Assembly: GCA_045653705.1 (NCBI GenBank) | Contig: JAZOMG010000006.1 | Location: 90,074-154,073 of the forward strand | Origin: Eubacteriales bacterium | GTDB taxonomy: Bacteria > Bacillota > Clostridia > Oscillospirales > CAG-272 | DNA: 64,000 bases | Reading direction: 5' to 3' | Shown: piece after piece, positions 10,678 to 20,062 of the stretch | How the letters are laid out: the number at the start of each line of letters is the position of its first letter | Numbering within the stretch: the first letter of the stretch is position 1 | Made by a program: the position numbers and the translations under genes | Notes under the pieces: model-generated | What the model saw: the letters and a program-made list of their open reading frames with translations, nothing else | What the model was told of the DNA's origin: nothing | Database searches by the model: none

Positions 10678-11889
10678 ATGATACAGATAAACGGCGGTGT
10701 ATGCGCGGCTCTCGGCTTTAGCGCAAACGGAATACATTGCGGAATAAGAAAAAACAAATCCAAGCGTGACCTTGCGTTGATATACAGTGAAACGCCAGCG
10801 GCGGCAGCAGCTGTATATACTCAGAATTTAGTTAAGGGCGCACCCCTTACCGTTACAAAAGCGCATATTTCCAATGGCATTGCTCAGGCAATGATATGCA
10901 ATAGCGGAAACGCAAATACCTGTAACGCCAACGGCATTGAGATCGCCGAGCAAATGAGCGAGCTTCTGGCAAAGGAACTGAAGATAAAAGCAGAGGATGT
11001 AATAGTTGCGTCTACGGGCGTTATCGGTCAGCCCTTGAATATCACTCCTATTGCTAACGGAATTCCTGCTCTTGTTGCGGGCTTGGGAGATAACAGTAAT
11101 TATGCTTGCGAGGGTATAATGACTACCGATACAAGGCCCAAGGAAATTGCATTTGAATTTGATGTAAACGGAGTAAAATGTCAAATAGGCGGTATTGCCA
11201 AGGGAAGTGGAATGATCCATCCCAATATGGCAACAATGCTTGTATTCGTAACAACAGACTGCGCTATTTCCTCGGAAATGCTTTCAAAAGCTCTTAAGGA
11301 AGATGTAAAAACATCCTTTAATATGGTAAGCGTAGACGGAGATACCTCAACCAACGATATGGTATCTATTATGGCAAACGGCATGGCAGGGAATGAGGCG
11401 ATAGTATCCGAGGGAGAAGCCTTTGATGCTTTCTGCGAGGCGCTTCACGCGGTTACCGCGTATCTGTGCCGTATGATAGCGGGTGATGGCGAGGGGGCAA
11501 CCAAGCTTCTTGAGTGTGTTGTTACAGGAGCTAAGGATGACGATACTGCAAAAATTGTGGCTAAGTCTGTTATTTGCTCGTCACTTTTAAAAGCCGCAAT
11601 GTTCGGCGCGGATGCAAACTGGGGGCGCGTGCTTTGCGCTATCGGTTATAGCGGCGCTGACGTTAATATCAACGCGGTTGACGTTGCGTTCCGTTCTTCA
11701 AAGGGGGAAATTTCCGTATGCAAAGACGGCGCGGGAATTGATTTTTCCGAAGAAAAGGCAAAGGAGATCCTTCTTGAGAGCGAGATACAGATACTTATCG
11801 AGCTTAATACAGCTAACGGCTCGGCTACGGCTTGGGGCTGTGACCTGACTTATGACTACGTAAAGATAAACGGCGATTACAGAACGTAA
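10678..11889 (+). CDS. argJ: bifunctional ornithine acetyltransferase / N-acetylglutamate synthase
   Basis: 403 aa. Self-cleavage site region GMIHPNMATMLVF and C-terminal DLTYDYVKINGDYRT, both typical of ArgJ. Confidence 0.92.
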   Translation: MIQINGGVCAALGFSANGIHCGIRKNKSKRDLALIYSETPAAAAAVYTQNLVKGAPLTVTKAHISNGIAQAMICNSGNANTCNANGIEIAEQMSELLAKELKIKAEDVIVASTGVIGQPLNITPIANGIPALVAGLGDNSNYACEGIMTTDTRPKEIAFEFDVNGVKCQIGGIAKGSGMIHPNMATMLVFVTTDCAISSEMLSKALKEDVKTSFNMVSVDGDTSTNDMVSIMANGMAGNEAIVSEGEAFDAFCEALHAVTAYLCRMIAGDGEGATKLLECVVTGAKDDDTAKIVAKSVICSSLLKAAMFGADANWGRVLCAIGYSGADVNINAVDVAFRSSKGEISVCKDGAGIDFSEEKAKEILLESEIQILIELNTANGSATAWGCDLTYDYVKINGDYRT

Positions 11890-11901
11890 AACGGAGAAAA
11901 T

Positions 11902-12774
11902 ATGGATATAAATAACAATCAACGGGCGCAGATACTTGTAGAAGCGTTACCGTACATAAAAAAATACTATAACAAAATAATTGTTGTAAAATACGGCGGC
12001 AACGCAATGATAAACGACGACCTTAAGGAAGCGGTAATGGGCGATATCGTCCTTTTGTCACTGATAGGAATCAAGGTCGTATTGGTTCACGGCGGCGGTC
12101 CCGAAATTACGGAAATGCTCTCAAAGGTCGGCAAAAAAACAGAATTTGTCAACGGTTTGCGTGTCACAGATAAGGAAGCTGTTGACATCGTTCAAATGGT
12201 GCTTGCAGGTAAAATTAACAAAAATCTTGTTAATCTGCTTCAAAGCAAGGGCGGTAAAGCGATCGGTCTTTGCGGTATCGACGGACATATGATAAAAGCG
12301 GAAAAGCTTGACGAGAGACTTGGCTACGTTGGCGAGATAACCGACGTTAACGTTGAGCCCATTCTCGACGTTCTTGAAAAGGGTTATATACCCGTGGTAT
12401 CTACAGTCGGATACGATGACGAGGGCAATTCCTACAACATAAACGCCGACACAGCGGCGGCTCGCATTGCGGGACAGCTCAAATGCGAAAGTCTTATATC
12501 GATGACCGATATTGACGGTATTCTCAGGGATAAGAATGATCCCTCGACCCTTATATCGAAAATCAACGTAAGCGACGCGCCTCAGCTTGTCCGTGAGGGT
12601 GTTATAAGCGGCGGAATGATTCCTAAGGTAAACTGTTGTATAGAAGCTATAAGACGCGGTGTTGGTAAGGTATTCATCATAGACGGAAGAATTCCTCACG
12701 CAATACTTATAGAAACGCTTACCGATGAGGGTATAGGCACTATGTTTGTTTCAGGTAACTACTATGAGCACTAA
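11902..12774 (+). CDS. argB: acetylglutamate kinase
   Basis: Amino-acid kinase family: VVKYGGNAM, HGGGP, NINADTAA. Confidence 0.92.
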   Translation: MDINNNQRAQILVEALPYIKKYYNKIIVVKYGGNAMINDDLKEAVMGDIVLLSLIGIKVVLVHGGGPEITEMLSKVGKKTEFVNGLRVTDKEAVDIVQMVLAGKINKNLVNLLQSKGGKAIGLCGIDGHMIKAEKLDERLGYVGEITDVNVEPILDVLEKGYIPVVSTVGYDDEGNSYNINADTAAARIAGQLKCESLISMTDIDGILRDKNDPSTLISKINVSDAPQLVREGVISGGMIPKVNCCIEAIRRGVGKVFIIDGRIPHAILIETLTDEGIGTMFVSGNYYEH

Positions 12775-13936
12775 AAAAATCAAAGAAATTGACAGGGAAT
12801 ATATTGCCAATACATACGCTCGCTTTCCTATCGTATTGAAAGAGGGAAAGGGTGCGCGTGTTTTTGACGATGAAGGAAAGGAATACATTGACCTCGGTAC
12901 AGGTATAGCCGTAAATACGTTTGGATATTCGGATGATGAGTGGCAAAGGGCTGTAACAGAACAGCTGTCAATGCTTCAGCATACATCTAACCTTTATTAC
13001 AGCGAGCCTTGCGCGCGCCTTGCTGAGCTGCTTTGCGTTCGCACGGGAATGAAAAAGGTTTTCTTTTCTAACTCGGGAGCAGAGGCAAACGAGTGCGCGA
13101 TCAAAGCGGCAAGAAAATATGGAGAGATCAATAAGGGTGCGGAGTATACCACGATCATTACCCTTTGTGACAGCTTCCACGGAAGAACGCTTACGACCTT
13201 GGCGGCGACCGGTCAGGATGTTTTTCATAAGGATTTTCTCCCCCTCACCGACGGATTTGTGTACGCAAAGGCAAATGATATTGAGGACGTAAAGAAACTT
13301 GCGTGTGAAAATAAATGCTGCGCCGTTATGTTTGAGGTAGTACAGGGCGAGGGCGGTGTGCGTCCTCTTACAAACGAATTTTTGCAAGCTTTAGAGGTCT
13401 TTGCAAGAGAAAACGATTTGCTTCTTATAGCCGATGAGGTACAGACAGGAAACGGACGTACAGGTAAGCTATACGGATATATGCACTCGGAAATAACCCC
13501 CGATATCGTATCTACCGCAAAAGGACTTGGCGGCGGCTTGCCTATCGGCGCTACAATGCTTGGCGAGCGAGTACAGGATATACTTGGTGTAAGTATGCAC
13601 GGCTCTACCTTTGGCGGAAATCCCGTATGCTGTGCGGGAGCGCTGAATATAATTTCAAGACTTACCGACGAATGCCTGTCGGGTGTTACCGAACGCAGTA
13701 ATTATATCTTTTCTCAGTTAAACGGTGCAAAAGGTATAAAGAGCGTTAGCGGTCTTGGGCTTATGATAGGCGTAGAATGTGAGAAGGACGCAGGCGATAT
13801 AATCAGCGCTTGCAGAGAGCGGGGGATTTTGGTTATAAAAGCAAAGCACAAGGTAAGGCTTTTACCGCCTTTAAACATCGAAATGGATGACTTGAAAAAA
13901 GCTATTGAAATATTTAAGGAGATATGCGCGGAATGA
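12764..13936 (+). CDS. argD: acetylornithine aminotransferase
   Basis: Class-III aminotransferase: SNSGAEANE, DEVQTGNGRTG, PLP-Lys context STAKGLGGG. ATG 12764 overlaps the argB 3' end. The ORF-track start 12746 is also possible. Confidence 0.9.
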   Translation: MSTKKIKEIDREYIANTYARFPIVLKEGKGARVFDDEGKEYIDLGTGIAVNTFGYSDDEWQRAVTEQLSMLQHTSNLYYSEPCARLAELLCVRTGMKKVFFSNSGAEANECAIKAARKYGEINKGAEYTTIITLCDSFHGRTLTTLAATGQDVFHKDFLPLTDGFVYAKANDIEDVKKLACENKCCAVMFEVVQGEGGVRPLTNEFLQALEVFARENDLLLIADEVQTGNGRTGKLYGYMHSEITPDIVSTAKGLGGGLPIGATMLGERVQDILGVSMHGSTFGGNPVCCAGALNIISRLTDECLSGVTERSNYIFSQLNGAKGIKSVSGLGLMIGVECEKDAGDIISACRERGILVIKAKHKVRLLPPLNIEMDDLKKAIEIFKEICAE

Positions 13937-14835
13937 AACATCTTTTAAAGCTTGCTGATCTTTCATGCGAGGAGATAACCGAAATACTTAACCTTGCGGA
14001 TCAGCTGAAATATGAAAAGAAAAACGGAATAAAGCACCATATACTTGCAGGAAAGACACTGGGACTTATATTTGAGAAGTCCTCCACAAGAACCCGTGTT
14101 TCCTTTGAAGTCGGTATGTACGATTTGGGCGGCTCGGCTCTGTTTCTCAGCTCTCGCGACCTGCAAATAGGACGCGGCGAGCCTGTTGAAGATACGGCAA
14201 GAGTGCTGTCCCGTTATCTTGACGGTATAATGATACGTACTTATGCTCAGGAAGAGGTCGAAGCTCTAGCTAAATATGGCTCAATTCCGATAATAAACGG
14301 ACTTACGGATTATTGCCACCCCTGTCAGGTGCTGGCTGACCTGATGACAATACGTGAGCATAAGGGAGTAATAAGGGGCAACAAGCTCTGCTACATCGGT
14401 GACGGAAACAATATGACAAACTCACTTATAGTAGGCGGCATTAAGATGGGAATGGCTGTATCTGTGGCTTGTCCCAAGGGCTACGAGCCCGATGCCGAGC
14501 TTATGAAATGGGCGGCAGAAAACGGAGATTTCACCTGTACCGATGACGTATTCGAGGCGGCAAAGGATGCTGACGTGCTCTATACGGACGTGTGGGCATC
14601 TATGGGTCAGGAAGCCGAGGCAGAGGAAAGAAAGAAGATATTTAAGGGATATCAGATAAACTCCGAGGTTATGGGCGTTGCTCACAGTGATGCTATGGTG
14701 CTTCATTGCCTGCCTGCCCATAGGGAAGAGGAAATCACCGCTGAAGTATTCGAGGCTCATGCCGATGAGATTTTCGATGAAGCCGAAAACAGACTTCATG
14801 CTCAGAAAGCAGTTCTTGTCAAGTGTATGTCTTGA
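13933..14835 (+). CDS. argF: ornithine carbamoyltransferase
   Basis: STRTRVSFE carbamoyl-phosphate motif, HPCQ, and HCLPAHREEE. ATGA overlap with the argD stop. An alternative ATG is at 13924. Confidence 0.9.
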   Translation: MKHLLKLADLSCEEITEILNLADQLKYEKKNGIKHHILAGKTLGLIFEKSSTRTRVSFEVGMYDLGGSALFLSSRDLQIGRGEPVEDTARVLSRYLDGIMIRTYAQEEVEALAKYGSIPIINGLTDYCHPCQVLADLMTIREHKGVIRGNKLCYIGDGNNMTNSLIVGGIKMGMAVSVACPKGYEPDAELMKWAAENGDFTCTDDVFEAAKDADVLYTDVWASMGQEAEAEERKKIFKGYQINSEVMGVAHSDAMVLHCLPAHREEEITAEVFEAHADEIFDEAENRLHAQKAVLVKCMS

Positions 14836-14916
14836 TTTTAGAATTGTTAAAAAATCACAATTTGTCGTTTGAATTTTATGCAAAACCCCGTATTTTACTA
14901 ATACGGCGTATTTGAA

Positions 14917-14945
14917 TTGCCAAAACACGATGTTTTAAGTATAAT
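14917..14945 (+). promoter_or_regulatory. sigma-A-type promoter for the T-box leader
   Basis: TTGCCA (14917-14922), a 17-nt spacer, then TATAAT (14940-14945). Confidence 0.55.
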
Positions 14946-14949
14946 TACA

Positions 14950-15205
14950 GTGTATAAACCTGTGATTAAGAGTAGTAGTTGATCGTATCGATACAGAGAG
15001 TTGCCGTTTGGTGCGAGGCAATATCGTAATTTCAATGAATGGACTTATGAGGGCGGTCGAAAAAGCCTGTGCTTTAGTAGTAACCGACGGAGCCGAAGCC
15101 GTTATACGTCGGAATTGTTTTATGACAATGCAAAGCGGATGTTTTACATCAATGTGGGTGGTACCGCAGGTTAGCTCCTGTCCCTGATATAGGGGCATTT
15201 TTTGT
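14950..15205 (+). promoter_or_regulatory. T-box riboswitch leader, tryptophan specifier (UGG)
   Basis: Stem I elements appear in order: AGTA (about 14971), AG bulge AGAGAG (14995-15000), distal-loop TTGGTGCGA (15009-15017), and a specifier context GAA-TGG-A with TGG at 15040-15042. The T-box sequence AATGTGGGTGGTACCGC lies at 15151-15167. It is followed by a short GC hairpin and TTTTTTGTTTTT (about 15180-15210). The downstream gene is trpB. Confidence 0.85.
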
Positions 15206-15311
15206 TTTTATCCGCTTGGAATGGGGGCATTATGTATATATTATCAAGACGATGGCAAGAGCAATAAAATGACAAGCTTTAAAATAATAATTTTTACATA
15301 GGAGTATGAAT

Positions 15312-16544
15312 ATGAACAAGTATAGAGATTTTGATAACTATTTAAAGGAAGTTCCGTCTAAGGATGGATATTTCGGAGAGTACGGCGGCTCTTTTCTTCC
15401 GCCCGAGCTTATTCCCGCATTTGAAGAAGCAACCAACTCATATCAGGCAATAGCTCAATCGGCTCAGTTTATTAACGAGCTGAGAAGAATACGCAAGGAT
15501 TTTCAGGGCAGACCCACACCTGTTTACCATTGCGAAAGACTTTCAAAGCTTTTTGGTAACTGTCAGATATACCTGAAAAGGGAAGATCTTAACCATACCG
15601 GAGCCCATAAGCTTAACCACTGCATGGGCGAGGGACTTCTGGCAAAGTATATGGGCAAGAAAAAGCTTATAGCTGAAACAGGTGCAGGACAGCACGGCGT
15701 TGCTTTGGCTACCGCAGCCGCATATTTCGGAATGAAATGCGACATATACATGGGTGAGGTCGATATAGAAAAGCAAAAGCCCAACGTTATTCGTATGAAG
15801 ATGCTCGGCGCAAACGTCATACCCGTTACACACGGCTTAAAGACCTTAAAGGAAGCTGTCGATGCGGCGTTTGAGGCTTATATGAACGAATACGAGGATG
15901 CTATATACTGCATAGGCTCTTGCCTCGGTCCTCATCCTTTCCCAATGATGGTCAGAGACTTCCAATCTGTTATCGGTATAGAAGCAAGAGAACAGTTCTA
16001 TGAAATGACAGGACATCACCCCGATGCCATTACGGCGTGTGTTGGCGGTGGATCTAACTCTCTTGGTATGTTTACACCGTTCCTTGCGGATCCTGTAGAG
16101 ATATACGGTGTTGAGCCTCTTGGAAGAGGTCCTAAGGTTGGCGACCATGCGGCAACCATGCAGTTTGGTACAAAAGGAAGACTTCACGGCTTTGAGAGCT
16201 ACCTGTTACAGGACGAAAACGGCGACCCGTTGCCCGTTTATTCAATAGCCAGCGGCCTTGATTATCCCGGCGTAGGTCCTGAGCATGCGTATCTCCGTGA
16301 CCTCGGTCGTGTACATTATGAAACAGCTACCGATGAAGAGGCTATGGAAGCGTTCTTCCTGCTCAGCCGATACGAGGGCATAATTCCCGCTATCGAAAGC
16401 TCCCACGCTTTAGCCTATGCTATCAAATACGCTAAGGAAAAGCAGACAGGCTCTATACTCGTTTGTCTGTCGGGCAGAGGTGACAAGGATATCGACTACG
16501 TATATGAAAATTACGGTTGCGGAGAGCAATTCTTTAAAAATTAA
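15312..16544 (+). CDS. trpB: tryptophan synthase beta chain (stand-alone; no trpA in the window)
   Basis: [12 protein letters not shown]-lysine motif, GAGQHG, and [13 protein letters not shown] lies 7 nt upstream of ATG 15312. The ORF-track ATG 15306 is only 1 nt from the RBS. Confidence 0.9.
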   Translation: MNKYRDFDNYLKEVPSKDGYFGEYGGSFLPPELIPAFEEATNSYQAIAQSAQFINELRRIRKDFQGRPTPVYHCERLSKLFGNCQIYLKREDLNHTGAHKLNHCMGEGLLAKYMGKKKLIAETGAGQHGVALATAAAYFGMKCDIYMGEVDIEKQKPNVIRMKMLGANVIPVTHGLKTLKEAVDAAFEAYMNEYEDAIYCIGSCLGPHPFPMMVRDFQSVIGIEAREQFYEMTGHHPDAITACVGGGSNSLGMFTPFLADPVEIYGVEPLGRGPKVGDHAATMQFGTKGRLHGFESYLLQDENGDPLPVYSIASGLDYPGVGPEHAYLRDLGRVHYETATDEEAMEAFFLLSRYEGIIPAIESSHALAYAIKYAKEKQTGSILVCLSGRGDKDIDYVYENYGCGEQFFKN

Positions 16545-16560
16545 AAAGGAGTGATTTAAT

Positions 16561-16842
16561 ATGAAAAAAATAATTGCTTGTTTGCTTATTCTTTGCATGC
16601 TTTCACTGATCTTCTGCGCTTGTGCGGACAATACTACCGATGATGGAACAACTAACAGTGATATGACAAGAGCAGAAACCGAAGATAAGGGATTTTTTGA
16701 CAAGATCGGTGATATCATTCAAGATATCATAAATCCAGATTCAAACGAGTCCGATGATACCGAGAGTGAGACCGAAAGCGGTTCTACCGAGACGACTGAC
16801 AGCAATTCGAATGTTGGTGACGGTTATACAAAGGAATATTAA
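16561..16842 (+). CDS. small acidic putative lipoprotein (93 aa)
   Basis: Signal peptide MKKIIACLLILCMLSLIFCAC with a lipobox-like FCAC. The mature part is D/E/S/T-rich. AAGGAG RBS is present. The start is 16 nt after the trpB stop, and the terminator comes only after this gene. Confidence 0.6.
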   Translation: MKKIIACLLILCMLSLIFCACADNTTDDGTTNSDMTRAETEDKGFFDKIGDIIQDIINPDSNESDDTESETESGSTETTDSNSNVGDGYTKEY

Positions 16843-16846
16843 TATT

Positions 16847-16888
16847 AAAACGCCCGAAGCGAAATTTGACGCTTTGGGCGTTTTGCTT
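16847..16888 (+). terminator. intrinsic terminator after the trpB-lipoprotein unit
   Basis: AACGCCCGAAGCG-loop-CGCTTTGGGCGTT hairpin followed by a TTTGCTT run. Confidence 0.7.
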
Positions 16889-16940
16889 ATAAAACCATAA
16901 ATTTTATTTGATAAAAATGCGAATATACTCGTTTTTTCTG

Positions 16941-16969
16941 TTGACTTTATATATTTTTTATGGTATAAT
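16941..16969 (+). promoter_or_regulatory. sigma-A-type promoter of the pur operon (extended -10)
   Basis: TTGACT (16941-16946), a 17-nt spacer, then TGgTATAAT (TATAAT at 16964-16969). Confidence 0.65.
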
Positions 16970-16989
16970 ATTTTGTGGAAAAAGGAGCT

Positions 16990-17100
16990 TATTGCAACCG
17001 GCGGATTTTGTGGAATTAACCACATTGGGAGTGATAGGTAATACAGCCGACCGCCTGGGCAAGCCTGTTTATATTTGGGATAGGTTTGTCCGTATTTTTA
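16990..17100 (+). promoter_or_regulatory. ZTP (pfl motif) riboswitch with terminator expression platform
   Basis: CCGGCGGA-tttt-GTGG-aattaa-CCAC-att-GGGAGTGA (16998-17035) matches the 5' sub-domain pattern CUGGCG..GUGG..CCAC..GGGAGCGA. The 3' sub-domain GCCGACCGCCTGGGCA lies at 17046-17061. GGCGG/CCGCC have pseudoknot potential. A hairpin GGCAAGCCT...AGGTTTGTCC plus GTATTTTTATTT (17058-17103) overlaps the CCTGGGCA element. The region lies upstream of purE. Confidence 0.75.
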
Positions 17101-17116
17101 TTTAAAGGAGAAGCAT

Positions 17117-17611
17117 ATGAAAAAAATCGGTATCGTAATGGGAAGTGACAGCGATCTTCCAATCGTTAAGAAGGCTATTGACACGTTAACAGAGTTTGGG
17201 GTTCCTTTTGAGGTTCACGTATATTCGGCGCACAGAACTCCTGTAGAAGCAAAAGAATTTTCGGCAAATGCGAGAGCTAACGGCTTTGGCGCAATAATAG
17301 CGGCGGCGGGTATGGCGGCGCATCTTGCGGGAGCGATTGCCGCAAATACGACTCTTCCTGTAATCGGTATTCCGATAAGCTCTAAAAATCTTGGCGGCAT
17401 GGAAGCACTTTTAGCAACTGTTCAGATGCCCTCGGGTATTCCCGTTGCTACCGTAGCTATTGACGGTGCGGCCAATGCGGCTCTGCTTGCGATTCAGATG
17501 CTTGCCATCAATGACAGCGAGCTTGCACAAAAGCTTGATCCAAAGCGTAAATCGGCTACAGAGACGGTTCTTGAAAAGAACAGAAATATAGAAGCTGAAT
17601 TCAATAAGTAA
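17117..17611 (+). CDS. purE: 5-(carboxyamino)imidazole ribonucleotide mutase
   Basis: 164 aa. MGSDSD, SAHRTP and AGMAAHLAG motifs (class I-like). AAAGGAG RBS. Confidence 0.9.
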   Translation: MKKIGIVMGSDSDLPIVKKAIDTLTEFGVPFEVHVYSAHRTPVEAKEFSANARANGFGAIIAAAGMAAHLAGAIAANTTLPVIGIPISSKNLGGMEALLATVQMPSGIPVATVAIDGAANAALLAIQMLAINDSELAQKLDPKRKSATETVLEKNRNIEAEFNK

Positions 17612-17643
17612 TCAATAAATTGACATATACAAGGAGAAAAGAA

Positions 17644-18681
17644 ATGAAAAGTTACAGTGAAAGCTACAAAGCAGCAGGCGTTGATATTACCGCAGGTTAC
17701 AAAGCGGTAGAGCTTATGAAATCGCATATTGCGAGAACAATGACAAGCGGAGTTGTGTCGGATATCGGCGGCTTCGGCGGTCTTTTTGAGCTTGATATTG
17801 AAAATATCAAGAGACCTGTTCTTGTAAGCGGAACAGACGGTGTTGGAACAAAGCTTAAAATAGCGTTCCTTATGGACAAGCATGATACTGTGGGTATCGA
17901 CTGTGTCGCTATGTGTGTAAACGATATTATCTGCTGTGGCGCGAAGCCCCTTATATTCCTTGATTACATTGCTTGCGGAAAGAACGTTCCCGAAAGAATA
18001 GCGGCTATCGTATCAGGTGTTGCTGAGGGCTGTGTTCAGGCGGGATGCGCGCTTATCGGCGGTGAGACCGCGGAAATGCCCGGCTTTTATCCTGAGAACG
18101 AATATGACCTTGCGGGATACTCTACAGGTGTCGTTGATAAATGCAAGATACTCAATAACAAGGATATCAAAGAGGGCGACGTAATAATCGCGCTCCCATC
18201 AAGCGGTGTTCACTCTAACGGATTTTCTCTTGTAAGAAAGGTATTTGACGTTGAGTCTGCAGACATTACCCGCCCCTGTGCTGAGCTTGGCGGAAAATCT
18301 ATCGGTGAGGTTCTTCTCACACCTACAAAGATATACGTAAAGCCCATGCTTAAGCTTTTCGATGAGGTAAAGGTAAAGGCGGTTTCCCACATTACAGGCG
18401 GCGGCTTCTACGAGAATATTCCGAGAAGTATTCCTAAGGGATATTCCGCAAAGATAGAAAAGAGCGCGGTTCGTGTTCTTCCTATCTTCCAGCTTATCGA
18501 AAAGACAGGAAATATCGATAATCGCGATATGTTCAACACCTTTAATATGGGCGTAGGTATGAGCGCAGTTGTAGATAAGAACGATGCGGATAAAGCTATC
18601 GAGGTACTTAAGTCTGAGGGAATTGATGCTTATGTACTCGGAGAGATTGTAAAATCCGACGAAGGAGTTATCCTTTACTAA
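17644..18681 (+). CDS. purM: phosphoribosylformylglycinamidine cyclo-ligase (AIR synthetase)
   Basis: SYKAAGVDI ... GTDGVGTK ... GGETAEMPG motifs. AAGGAGAA RBS precedes ATG 17644. The ORF-track start 17620 lies upstream of that RBS. Confidence 0.9.
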   Translation: MKSYSESYKAAGVDITAGYKAVELMKSHIARTMTSGVVSDIGGFGGLFELDIENIKRPVLVSGTDGVGTKLKIAFLMDKHDTVGIDCVAMCVNDIICCGAKPLIFLDYIACGKNVPERIAAIVSGVAEGCVQAGCALIGGETAEMPGFYPENEYDLAGYSTGVVDKCKILNNKDIKEGDVIIALPSSGVHSNGFSLVRKVFDVESADITRPCAELGGKSIGEVLLTPTKIYVKPMLKLFDEVKVKAVSHITGGGFYENIPRSIPKGYSAKIEKSAVRVLPIFQLIEKTGNIDNRDMFNTFNMGVGMSAVVDKNDADKAIEVLKSEGIDAYVLGEIVKSDEGVILY

Positions 18682-18705
18682 TTACAAACGTAGGGGGATA
18701 AACAA

Positions 18706-19332
18706 ATGAAATCTGAAAACAGGATAAAGATCGCTGTCCTTGTGTCGGGGGGCGGAACTAATCTTCAGGCGTTGATCGATGCTCAAAAATCGGGCGTAAT
18801 CAAACACGGAGAAATAAGCCTTGTAGTTTCTAATAATCCTAACGCGTTTGCGTTAAGCAGAGCAGAGAATGCTGGAATCCCTTGTGAGATAATATCAAGC
18901 AAGGAATACCGCGAACAGTCTGTGTTTGAAAAAAAGCTTATACAAACGCTGAACGACAACGGAATAGAGCTTATTGTTCTTGCAGGCTTCATGAAGATAC
19001 TGAGTGAAAATTTCACATCTCGCTATCCTAAGAGAATAATAAATGTTCATCCGTCCTTGATACCCGCCTTTTGCGGAAAGGGGTATTACGGACTTAAGGT
19101 TCACGAAGCTGCTCTTGAATACGGAGTAAAGGTTACCGGCGCTACAGTCCATTTTGTCAACGAAATTCCCGACGGCGGCGAGATAATTCTGCAAAAGAGC
19201 GTTTGCGTAAAAAAAGGCGAAACCGCCGAAAGTCTACAGCAGAGAGTAATGAGACAGTCTGAATGGATAATACTGCCAAGAGCGGTAGAGCTTGTCTCAA
19301 AGGATATGATAGCAGAAAGGAAAATAAAATAA
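18706..19332 (+). CDS. purN: phosphoribosylglycinamide formyltransferase
   Basis: VLVSGGGTNLQALID, NVHPSLIPAF and the GATVHFV...D motif of the formyl-transferase family. Confidence 0.9.
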   Translation: MKSENRIKIAVLVSGGGTNLQALIDAQKSGVIKHGEISLVVSNNPNAFALSRAENAGIPCEIISSKEYREQSVFEKKLIQTLNDNGIELIVLAGFMKILSENFTSRYPKRIINVHPSLIPAFCGKGYYGLKVHEAALEYGVKVTGATVHFVNEIPDGGEIILQKSVCVKKGETAESLQQRVMRQSEWIILPRAVELVSKDMIAERKIK

Positions 19333-20052
19333 ATGAGTATTTACGATATTGGTAATATGGGGGATATTTTAAGTCAAAACACATACCCCGGCAGAGGAAT
19401 TGTGATAGGAAAAACTCCCGATGGAAGTAAGGCTGTGTTCGCTTACTTTATAATGGGAAGAAGCGAAAACAGCAGAAACCGTATTTTTATTGAAAACGGA
19501 GATGATGTTGTCATTCATCCCTTTGACGCGTCTAAGGTAGAAGACCCTTCGCTTATCATTTACTCTCCCATAAGAAAGCTTGACAATAAGCTTATCGTTA
19601 CCAACGGCGACCAAACAGACACCGTATATGACGGACTTGTTGCAGGTAAGAGCTTTGAGGAAGCGCTTCGCGCACGTTGCTTTGAGCCCGATGCTCCCAA
19701 TTTCACTCCCAGAATAAGCGGAGTACTTGAATTTGAAAACTGCGATTTTACTTATAAAATGAGTATTTTGAAGAGCGGAGATGCCCTTGGAAGCGTATGC
19801 TACCGTTATACGTTTGAGTATACTACTATTTGTGGATTGGGACATTTCATTCACACCTATAACTCTGACGGAAACCCAATTCCCACCTTTACAGGCGAGC
19901 CTGAAAGAGTAGCAGTTTTGGATGATATCGATGAGTACACTAATACTATTTGGAACAACCTTAACGAACAGAACAAAATATCTCTTTACGTAAGATATAT
20001 CGACCTTGCCAACGGTACTGTTGAAAACAGAATGATAAATAAAAACGCATAA
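19333..20052 (+). CDS. purO: IMP cyclohydrolase, archaeal PurO-type
   Basis: YPGRGIVIGKTPDGSKAVFAYFIMGRSENSRNR, IVTNGDQTDTV and FEPDAPNFTPRISG align by eye with the equivalent blocks of the Methanocaldococcus PurO family. It sits directly between purN and the AICARFT-only gene. Confidence 0.8.
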   Translation: MSIYDIGNMGDILSQNTYPGRGIVIGKTPDGSKAVFAYFIMGRSENSRNRIFIENGDDVVIHPFDASKVEDPSLIIYSPIRKLDNKLIVTNGDQTDTVYDGLVAGKSFEEALRARCFEPDAPNFTPRISGVLEFENCDFTYKMSILKSGDALGSVCYRYTFEYTTICGLGHFIHTYNSDGNPIPTFTGEPERVAVLDDIDEYTNTIWNNLNEQNKISLYVRYIDLANGTVENRMINKNA

Positions 20053-20062
20053 GGAGAACGTG

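Noticed and set aside
14935-15198. An 87-aa minus-strand ORF between argF and trpB.
   Set aside because: The region is fully explained by the + strand T-box leader.
16908-17105. A 65-aa + strand ORF upstream of purE.
   Set aside because: It spans the pur promoter and the ZTP riboswitch. It has no RBS.
17117-17611. The possibility that purE is a class II (AIR carboxylase) enzyme, which would explain the absence of purK.
   Set aside because: The AGMAAHLAG block resembles class I PurE (AAHLPG-type) rather than the class II loop. purK is more likely encoded elsewhere.
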